Positions 56,906-64,000 of a stretch of DNA of 64,000 nt are shown here, piece after piece. The stretch comes from an uncultured Phycisphaerales bacterium (lineage in GTDB: Bacteria > Planctomycetota > Phycisphaerae > Tepidisphaerales > Tepidisphaeraceae): contig CAVWLP010000002.1 in assembly GCA_963755915.1 (NCBI GenBank), positions 288,001 through 352,000 of the forward strand, written 5' to 3'. The position numbers and the translations under genes were made by a program. The notes beneath the pieces are model-generated. The model was not told the origin of the DNA. It worked only from the letters and a program-made list of their open reading frames with translations, and searched no databases. The stretch's first letter is position 1; each line of letters begins with the position of its first letter.

Positions 56906-58878
56906 GTAGAGTAGAGAACTGAACGACCCGATTGCCGCTCAGCTCTCCCTCTTCGAACCGGACGAGCGGGTTTCCCGCATCCGGCTCTCACGGTATTGTT
57001 CTTCTCAAGCATTCACGGTCGGAACAGGTCGCAGGCTGATGAGGCCCAGACGCTGCAACTGTTCGTACCAGCTCCTCGCTCCGCGCACACGGAACGGACG
57101 CTGGCTGCGACGTTTAAGGTGTCGTTCCAGTCGCTCCTGCACAAATCGGTTGATCTGACGGAACGCCTTGCGCGGATAGCCTTTGCCGAAGTAGTTGGCC
57201 CATCCTCTCAGGTGCTCGTTGATCTGTACGATCAACGCCGGGATGGGCACAAAGCCTGCTTCGGGTCCGGTCATCTCCCGCAATTTGTCCCGCTCACGCT
57301 GCATCGACTTGCTCGAAGGACAGAGGTTCAGATAACGCCCCGGCCCGCCTTGCAGGCTCCGGTCGTACCGGAACCTGTACCCGAGAAAGTTCAGACTTTC
57401 GCCCGGCTCTTTCAACTTCACCGTGCGGGTCTTGTCGGTGTTGATCGTCAGATCAAACCGGCCTTGCAGCGTGCGTTCCACGAACTGCTTGATCTGAGGG
57501 CCTATATACCTTGCCATGATGACAAAGTCGTCGGCGTACCGGATCAGCCGGGCGTTCGCCCAGCGATGCGGGCCATCGGATCGGTGGAACAATTTATCAA
57601 ACCAGTGCAGATATAGGTTGGCCAGCAGCGGCGAGATCACTCCGCCCTGCGGCGTTCCCTGTTTGCTCCGGGTGACTTTCGGTGGATCGCCGGGCTTCTC
57701 GCCTTCTTCGACGATCACCGCCTTCAGCCACATCCGGATCAGCTTCAGCACGCTTCCGTCCGTGATCCGCTTCTGGACACACGCCATCAGTTTCTCATGG
57801 GGAATCGTGTCGAAGTACGACTGCAAATCCGCGTCATACACTTCCCTTCGGCCCTGCTGGAGGTTTTGCTTGATCGCCTCCAGCGCATCGTGAGCCGAGC
57901 GACCGGGACGGAATCCATACGAACAGTCCAGGAAATCCGCCTCGAAGATCGGCTCGATGAGCAGCAGCACCGCCATCTGCACCACGCGATCTCGGATCGT
58001 GGGGATGCCCAATGGACGCCGCTTGCCGTTGGCTTTGGGAATGTACACGCGCTTCACCGGCTGCGGGCGGTAGGTGCGGGTCTTGAGCGATTCTTCGATC
58101 TCGCTCAGGAATCCACTGACGCCGTGCTCGGAGTTTTGCACCTTCTCGATGCTCACCCCGTCCAAGCCGGGCGCCCCGCCGTTGGCGGACACCCGGTCCC
58201 ACGCCGCTTCCAGAACATCGCGCCGGCAGATCCGGTCGTACAAGGTGTAAAACCGAAACCCCGGTTCCCGCTTGGCTTTGAGGTATAGCTTCTGTCTCAG
58301 AAGAAAGACTTTCCCCGGCAGACCCCTGGAGTTCACCCTCAGGTGCTCCGGCAAGTCTGTCGGATCATCCGTACTGTCAGGTTGTCCCTGCAAGCGGGCC
58401 TCTCTTCTTCTTACTTCCGCTCGATACCGTCAGGGCTCCTTGGCTCGCGGCAGGCTTCGCCTCCGCTCACGGGCATTACCCCGCTTCTCAGCTACTATGA
58501 GCCCATCCGACTCCCCACGCTTCCCGTCCCTTGGTTATGTCTTTCCAACGAGCCGCACAACGATGCGTGGGGTCTCTCAGTTCCCGATCTTGTCTGTCGG
58601 CACGCGCCGTCCCCATCGACCCCGAGGAGCCGGACGATTGCTCGCACCCGCTGCTTCATCGTCCGCGCCGGCTTGGCCCTCTCTGACGGGTTGGCCACTC
58701 CCATTGGCGTAACGAGGCTGGTTTGGGTTCGCTTAACGCTACGGCTCGCGCCTTCGCCTTCCGGGGCTTCGCGCGACCGATTGCTCCGTCGTCACGCCCG
58801 GGCGGCTACACGGCTAACGGGTCATTCCATGGTGAACTCCTTTCAGTTCACAAGACAAAACCGGTTTCACTGACGCAC
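56906..58878 (-). mobile_element. Group II intron (full length, 1973 nt)
   Basis: 5' GTGCG at 58878; domain V GAGCCGGATGCGGGAAACCCGCTCGTCCGGTTC; 3' end CTCTAC; internal RT ORF. Confidence 0.95.
57005..58393 (-). CDS. ltrA: Group II intron reverse transcriptase/maturase, no endonuclease domain
   Basis: [33 protein letters not shown] and LRGWANYF motifs. Confidence 0.95.
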   Translation of the reverse strand: MQGQPDSTDDPTDLPEHLRVNSRGLPGKVFLLRQKLYLKAKREPGFRFYTLYDRICRRDVLEAAWDRVSANGGAPGLDGVSIEKVQNSEHGVSGFLSEIEESLKTRTYRPQPVKRVYIPKANGKRRPLGIPTIRDRVVQMAVLLLIEPIFEADFLDCSYGFRPGRSAHDALEAIKQNLQQGRREVYDADLQSYFDTIPHEKLMACVQKRITDGSVLKLIRMWLKAVIVEEGEKPGDPPKVTRSKQGTPQGGVISPLLANLYLHWFDKLFHRSDGPHRWANARLIRYADDFVIMARYIGPQIKQFVERTLQGRFDLTINTDKTRTVKLKEPGESLNFLGYRFRYDRSLQGGPGRYLNLCPSSKSMQRERDKLREMTGPEAGFVPIPALIVQINEHLRGWANYFGKGYPRKAFRQINRFVQERLERHLKRRSQRPFRVRGARSWYEQLQRLGLISLRPVPTVNA

Positions 58879-58943
58879 CAGAGGCGCAAGCGCGGAGGGA
58901 AACAGGGATTTGGATTCCCTCGCCTCTGCGCCTCTGCGTGAGA
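58879..58943. repeat. Palindromic repeat (CAGAGGCG units) split by the intron; remainder at 56891-56905
   Basis: Rejoined minus strand: cacgcagaggcgcagaggcg...cgcctctg|cgcctcggcgcg. Confidence 0.85.
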
Positions 58944-59011
58944 TTTTGATTCAGATGGTGGCAATTAGAGGGCGATCGCATATGGCCCGAAATTCTTTCA
59001 CGGCCCTCACG

Positions 59012-59081
59012 CCCTCACCCCAACCCTCTCCTATTCGAGCCTGAGCCTCAGAGCCGAAGGCCGGAGTACCGGGCGAGGGGG
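59012..59081. repeat. Family A repeat with a nested 30-bp insert (59031-59060)
   Basis: Removing ctattcgagcctgagcctcagagccgaagg restores the consensus. Confidence 0.8.
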
Positions 59082-59105
59082 CAAGATGCGATTGCCCTGT
59101 GGCAA

Positions 59106-60146
59106 TTAGAGGGCAAGCGAATCGCGGATCCGCTGGAAGCTTTCCATCCGCCAGGGCGGGGCGGTTCCCTGCTCTACATCGGGGAAGAATTCGGCAAGAG
59201 TGTCGGACGTCACGCCGTGGAGGCCGAACATTTTCACACCGGGGGTGTCGATCACGTAGCCGCCGATGGAGAGGGGATACCGGCGGGCGGAGGTTGTGGT
59301 GTGGCGGCCCTTTTCGTTGAAATTACTTACCGCGCCGATGCGGATATCGAGGCCGGGCTCGATGGCGGAGATGAGGGTGCTTTTGCCGACGCCGCTGTGG
59401 CCGGCCAGGACGGTTGTTTTGCCTTTGAGGGCCTCTTTGACGCCGAGCACACCGGGATTTTGCGGGTCGATGGCGATGACGCGGAAGGTGGCGATGCCCA
59501 TGGATTGGTAATGGTTCAAAATTTCTTCCGCTTCTTCCGCGGGACCCTCGACGAGATCGATCTTGGTGAGGCAGATGATCGGCGAGAGGCCGCCGGCTTT
59601 GGCGGCGACGAGCATGCGGTCTACGAGCCCCCACTTGACGCGCGGGCGGACGAGGCTGACCACGATCAGCATCTGCTGGGCGTTGGCGACAATCGGATGC
59701 TGGATCGTGCCATGAAAACTGTCGACCCGCGTCAGCACGGTTTGCCGGGGGAGGATCTGCTCGATGACGGCATCCATCCGGCCGGAATCGTCGCGCATCT
59801 GGGCGTCGCGGAAGCGGACTCGGTCGCCGACGACGATTGACGTTTCCTGCAGCTTGCCGAGGGTTTTGCGCGTGGAGCAAATGCGCGGGCCGGTGGGATG
59901 ATCGACTTCGCAAAAAAGGGAGAAGACCTGCACGACGGGGCCGATGGGCAGAGCCTCGCGATCCGCGGTTTGCTGCTCGTTGGATGAACGCAGATGGGCG
60001 GTTTTTTCCATCTTGTTCTGCTGCGCGTTTTTGGACCGGCGACTGAATTTCTGGCTTGATTCGAGGCTGTCGGCGTCCTCGTCGCCGTCGAGGAGGCGGC
60101 GAGTCAGATCTTTTTCACGGGGAGGCTTTCGGGAGCGTTTGTCCAT
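59106..60146 (-). CDS. rsgA: Ribosome small subunit-dependent GTPase A
   Basis: Circularly permuted order TKID...GHSGVGKST...KGRHTTT...DTPG; OB fold VVGDRV. Confidence 0.93.
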   Translation of the reverse strand: MDKRSRKPPREKDLTRRLLDGDEDADSLESSQKFSRRSKNAQQNKMEKTAHLRSSNEQQTADREALPIGPVVQVFSLFCEVDHPTGPRICSTRKTLGKLQETSIVVGDRVRFRDAQMRDDSGRMDAVIEQILPRQTVLTRVDSFHGTIQHPIVANAQQMLIVVSLVRPRVKWGLVDRMLVAAKAGGLSPIICLTKIDLVEGPAEEAEEILNHYQSMGIATFRVIAIDPQNPGVLGVKEALKGKTTVLAGHSGVGKSTLISAIEPGLDIRIGAVSNFNEKGRHTTTSARRYPLSIGGYVIDTPGVKMFGLHGVTSDTLAEFFPDVEQGTAPPWRMESFQRIRDSLAL

Positions 60147-60469
60147 CGTTTGCCGCAACAGCGGAGGGAAAATGGTGGCTTGGTTGCACGGGAATTGCAA
60201 ATTTTACGGGAAAGTTGCGAGTGGCGAGTGAAAGGCAATGTCGTTTACTCGCAGAGCAATCGCATATGGCCTGAGAAAACCGAAAGGCCCCCATTCTAAC
60301 TCCGGACAACTCGGGACTTCGCTTCGCTGTGCCTTGAATCCGCCGGGGAGGCCGGATTTACATTGAAAAAAGAAGGAAGAGTATTTTCGGTTACGGTCTG
60401 GGTGACGAGGAAATGCGGGGGCTCGAATATCCATGAAAGGCTTCCCCGATCAACAAAAAAATTCTCCTC

Positions 60470-60700
60470 GCGAAAAGCGGTTACTTCTTTTTCATTCCGA
60501 GACCTCTTCGTCCGTCTGCCGGCTGGTGACTGGCCTCTCGGCGGTCCATATATCCATTCGTGCTGGCCGGGCCCGATCAACAGCGTTTGGCCGAGCGGCA
60601 CATGATCTCATCCGGCGCGGGCGGCCCAATTATAACGTGGCCTCTCGAGCCTGAATTGCTTCGGGCTCATGGCCAATTCGAGCCAGGGCTGGCCCACTTC
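60470..60700 (-). ncRNA. Putative bridge/seek guide RNA of IS1111 #2 (ends uncertain; overlaps transposase 3' end)
   Basis: Stem-enclosed GGCTCGAAT (60676-60684) and TTATA (60631-60635) match the target. ATGGATA (60551-60557) matches the element end. Confidence 0.7.
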
Positions 60701-61829
60701 CGGACGAGATCAGTTCCTTATGTCTTTTGCTTCCCGGTCTTGGGGGCGGCACCTCCTGATAATCCTGGTTGTTGTTCCACATTGAATAGACGATCCGACA
60801 TATGCGGTTGGCGACGGTGATGTAGCCGCGACCGCGGTCCTGTTTGCCGTTGTTGGTACGGCGATTGAAAAGTTCTCGCAAAAAAGCGTCCCTTTGCACT
60901 GCCGAGTGGGCGGCCTGAATAAAGGCCCACTGAAGGGTAGTGCGACCGGCGTGACCAAGTCGGCGGCCGATGGGCTTGGCATCGCGATCTTCTCCGCTGT
61001 CGTCGGCCTGCGGCGCCAGCAGGCTGTATTGGAGCAGGCATCGACTGGAGGAGAAACGATCGATTCGGCCGATCTCGGCGACCAGCGTATATCCCAGCAC
61101 GGTGGAGATGCCCGGCACGGTCATCAGGCGCTGGCCGATCTCCGATCGTTTCATGGTCGCGCGGAACCGGCGGGTGGCCCGTGCGATCAGGCGACGCAGA
61201 GAATCCAGCAGCATGAGATCTTCCTTGAGCGTCTGGCGTCCTGAGAGGCTCAGGGTCTTGTCCTCGGTGAGCAGCGACAGGAAACGCCGGCCCTGCACAC
61301 CGAAGAGGTCGGTGAGCTCGCTGACGATTCCATGGCGGTGCAGCGTCGCGTGAATGCGATTTTTCAACTGCGTTTGAGCCTGAACGAGGGTCATCCGATG
61401 GCGCAGCAGCTCCCGCTGATCACGAATCTCGCGTGGGGCCAGCCAGACTTCCCACCAGCGCTTCATGATGCCTCGCTTAAATATCGGTTTTTCGTTCCAG
61501 AGTTCACTGAGCAGGTCGGCATCGACCTTGTTGCTCTTGGCGATCCCGCGTCCTTCCCGCCATGCCGCCACTTTGCGGCTCGAGGCCAGGTGGGGCTGCA
61601 TGTTCAAAATCTGCAACTCATCGCTGAGCCATCCCCAGCCAAATGTCGCTTCCAGGATCACCGGCGTGCCTCGCGGCCACTGAGCGATTCGCTCTCGAAG
61701 CTTTTGGCGATCCAGGTGATCCAGGCGTTCGCGAGCAATGACCTTCCCGGAAGCGTCGCGCAGACTGGCGGACGAGAACTTCCGATGGACGTCCAGCCCT
61801 ACCTGAACTACCTTGTCGTATAACTTCAT
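60630..61829 (-). CDS. IS110 transposase/recombinase
   Basis: VGLDVH, ILEAT, KSNKVDA, VPGIS and DDSGE motifs; RBS AGGAG. Confidence 0.92.
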   Translation of the reverse strand: MKLYDKVVQVGLDVHRKFSSASLRDASGKVIARERLDHLDRQKLRERIAQWPRGTPVILEATFGWGWLSDELQILNMQPHLASSRKVAAWREGRGIAKSNKVDADLLSELWNEKPIFKRGIMKRWWEVWLAPREIRDQRELLRHRMTLVQAQTQLKNRIHATLHRHGIVSELTDLFGVQGRRFLSLLTEDKTLSLSGRQTLKEDLMLLDSLRRLIARATRRFRATMKRSEIGQRLMTVPGISTVLGYTLVAEIGRIDRFSSSRCLLQYSLLAPQADDSGEDRDAKPIGRRLGHAGRTTLQWAFIQAAHSAVQRDAFLRELFNRRTNNGKQDRGRGYITVANRICRIVYSMWNNNQDYQEVPPPRPGSKRHKELISSGSGPALARIGHEPEAIQAREATL

Positions 61830-62422
61830 GGCTATCTCCTTGTGTGAATGACACCAAAACCGGAATGTTAACTTCCGGCAGGGAGATGGCCTTTCATGCG
61901 ATTATAAAACGCGGTTCCGCCGCGATAGCACGTGGCTGCCCCGGTGACGTTCGGTGCGACCTTGAGGTGTTGGGCGGGAAAGCGCCGTGCAAGCACGGCG
62001 GCTACACGGGGAGAAGCTGGGAACGGCCTCCGGCCTGAGTTTCGCGGAGTACTGCCCAAGCACCTCCGGTGCTTTCGGCGGCAGGGCGCGTAAGGAGTTT
62101 CGAGCACATGCTCGACCGAGCTCAATCGCCGCTGGGCTTCCGTCAGGAATCCGCCTTGTCCGACCTCCCCGGTGGATACTTTCAATTCGTGGCATTTGTG
62201 GCGAAACAGGGCCGGACGAGGGGGATGGCGCCGTTCGGCCTATATTGCAGGGCTCGGACGATTGGTCTGCGAGGAATATGTGGGTAATGGCAAGCGGAGT
62301 GCGAGGGGAGGGGAGAAAAGGGCACATGGGATTGCCCTGCATTTGCTGGCAGCACGCGACTCCCGGCAATTGAACAATGCCACGCCTACCATTACATTGC
62401 CGCTTTAACGGGAGACAGCGTT

Positions 62423-63874
62423 TTGTCCCTTTCACTTCCCCAGTTGGACCCCGAATACGAAAAGAAGGAGAAATGCGGCCTCTTCGGAATCTGGGGGACG
62501 GCGGATGCTTCCAAGATCACCTACCAGGCGCTGTTTGCGCAGCAGCATCGGGGTCAGGAATCGGCGGGGATGGCCGTCAGCGATGGGACCAACATCACCG
62601 GGCACACGGGAATGGGGCTGGTCAGCCAGGTGTTTACGCCGCGGATGCTGAATGAGGAACTGGCGGGGAAAGCGGCCATTGGACATATTCGATATTCGAC
62701 TACCGGCTCGAGCCAGCTTTGCAATGCGCAGCCGCTGCTTCGGCAATATCTCAATGGCCCCGTGGCGGTGGCGCATAACGGGAACCTTGTGAATGCCACT
62801 TTGCTCCGGCGGATGTATGAGGAGCACGGGCATATCTTCCAGAGCACGACGGACACGGAAATCATCGTGCATCTTCTGGCCAAGCCGACGCATGCGCAGA
62901 AACTCGATCCGCTTCCGCACGTGTTGAAGCATCTTCAGGGGGCGTACAGCCTGGTGTTTCTTTTTCCGGACCGGATCGAAGCGTGCCGCGACCCGTTTGG
63001 CGTGCGGCCGCTGGTGGTCGGGAAAATGCCGGGTGGGCAGTGGTGCGTGGCAAGCGAAACGTGCGCGTTTGACGCGCTGGGGGCGACGTTTGAGCGGGAA
63101 GTTCTGCCCGGCGAAATCGTGCGCATCGACGACGATGGAATCACCGCGCGAAAGTTTGACAACCCGGCGCCGCACGGCGCCAGGTGCGCGTTCGAGCACG
63201 TTTATTTTGCCAACCCCGGGAGCAAAGTCTTCGGACAGACGGTTCACGTGGTGCGGCAGCGCCTGGGCCGGCAGCTTGCCATCGAAGCGCCCGTGTCGGC
63301 GGATTCCATCATGCCGATGCCGGACAGCGGCCGATCGGCGGCGCTGGGATTTGCGCAGCAATCAAAGATTCCGTTTGAGGAGGGGATCGTCCCGAATCGA
63401 TTCGTGGGCCGGACGTTTATCCTGCCCAACCAGATCGCCCGCGACCGGGCGGTGGCGATGAAGCTGAACATCATCGCGGATGTGGTGGAGAACCGGCGGA
63501 TCGTGATCGTGGAGGATTCCGTCGTTCGCGGCACGACCACGCGATCGAAGATGCGGGCCATTCGAGCCGCGGGGGCGAAGGAAATTCATCTGCGCGTCTC
63601 CTGCCCGCCGATCCGGCATCCGTGCTTCTACGGCATCGACTTCCCCACCAGCGAAGAGCTGATCGCCCATAACCGCAGCGTGGATCAGATCCGCGATTTC
63701 CTGGAGGTTGACAGCCTGGCGTATCTTTCGCTGGAGGGCCTGCTCTCCTGCATGAAACCTCCCAAGGACGATTACTGCACCGCCTGCTGGAGCGGGCATT
63801 ACAAAATCCCCATCGACCATCCCCAGAGCAAATTCAGTTTTGAGCGCGACCAGTTGCAAATGTTCGACCCGTGA
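62423..63874 (+). CDS. purF: Amidophosphoribosyltransferase
   Basis: EKCGLFG, QHRGQE, HNGNL, VEDSVVRGTT, PCFYGIDF and CTAC motifs. Confidence 0.97.
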   Translation: MSLSLPQLDPEYEKKEKCGLFGIWGTADASKITYQALFAQQHRGQESAGMAVSDGTNITGHTGMGLVSQVFTPRMLNEELAGKAAIGHIRYSTTGSSQLCNAQPLLRQYLNGPVAVAHNGNLVNATLLRRMYEEHGHIFQSTTDTEIIVHLLAKPTHAQKLDPLPHVLKHLQGAYSLVFLFPDRIEACRDPFGVRPLVVGKMPGGQWCVASETCAFDALGATFEREVLPGEIVRIDDDGITARKFDNPAPHGARCAFEHVYFANPGSKVFGQTVHVVRQRLGRQLAIEAPVSADSIMPMPDSGRSAALGFAQQSKIPFEEGIVPNRFVGRTFILPNQIARDRAVAMKLNIIADVVENRRIVIVEDSVVRGTTTRSKMRAIRAAGAKEIHLRVSCPPIRHPCFYGIDFPTSEELIAHNRSVDQIRDFLEVDSLAYLSLEGLLSCMKPPKDDYCTACWSGHYKIPIDHPQSKFSFERDQLQMFDP

Positions 63875-63880
63875 GGAGAA

Positions 63881-64000
63881 ATGCTAAATCGAATTGCCCC
63901 CCGCTTGGCGACGGCATTCCTTTTCCTGACCTGCTTCAGTTGCGCGACCACGCCCCCTGAGGCGCCGCCGATTTCGACGACCGTTAGCAAGGCGGAGCAA
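63881..64000 (+). CDS. Putative lipoprotein (partial)
   Basis: RBS GAGGAG; signal peptide ending FSC. Confidence 0.5.
   Translation, partial: MLNRIAPRLATAFLFLTCFSCATTPPEAPPISTTVSKAEQ

Larger units (their letters stand above)
60430..61902 (-). mobile_element. IS110-family, IS1111-type element #2
   Basis: Sub-terminal IRs CATGAAAGGC (60432-60441) / GCCTTTCATG (61889-61898). TA core at 60428-60429 and 61903-61904, with the same spacing as element #1. Confidence 0.85.

Noticed and set aside
53099-58393. Diversity-generating retroelement (RT plus a near-repeat pair)
   Set aside because: Differences between the ispD copies are not adenine-specific, and the RT lies within a complete group II intron.
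61905-62420. ZTP, PRPP or cobalamin riboswitch, or 6S RNA assignment
   Set aside because: Consensus motifs were not found by eye, and part of the resemblance comes from a REP-like repeat.

Overview
GC-rich bacterial chromosome segment, probably Planctomycetota/Phycisphaerae (inferred from PEP-CTERM proteins, a CxxCGYDLRA membrane protein and ECF sigma/anti-sigma pairs). Many single-base frameshifts in conserved genes look like long-read assembly errors. The backbone carries ctaA/ctaB, two predicted glycan hydrolases, an RND pump, nuoAB, lon/Hsp20, katG, cfa, uppP, ispD, rsgA and purF. It is heavily invaded by mobile DNA: IS630, IS4, IS21, IS3, two unrelated IS110/IS1111-type elements, a full group II intron plus a 273-bp 3' fragment of it, a decayed serine-recombinase island at tRNA-Leu(UAA), and several small palindromic repeat families. 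Main result: both IS1111-type elements have, downstream of or overlapping the end of the transposase gene, a stem-loop segment whose loops match that element's own reconstructed target site and its own end. This is a bridge/seek-RNA guide architecture that can be read directly from the sequence. One IS1111 and the group II intron each sit inside a dispersed palindrome, so two RNA-guided element classes appear to use repeats as landing sites. Tiny 23-35 bp elements are also nested inside other repeats.
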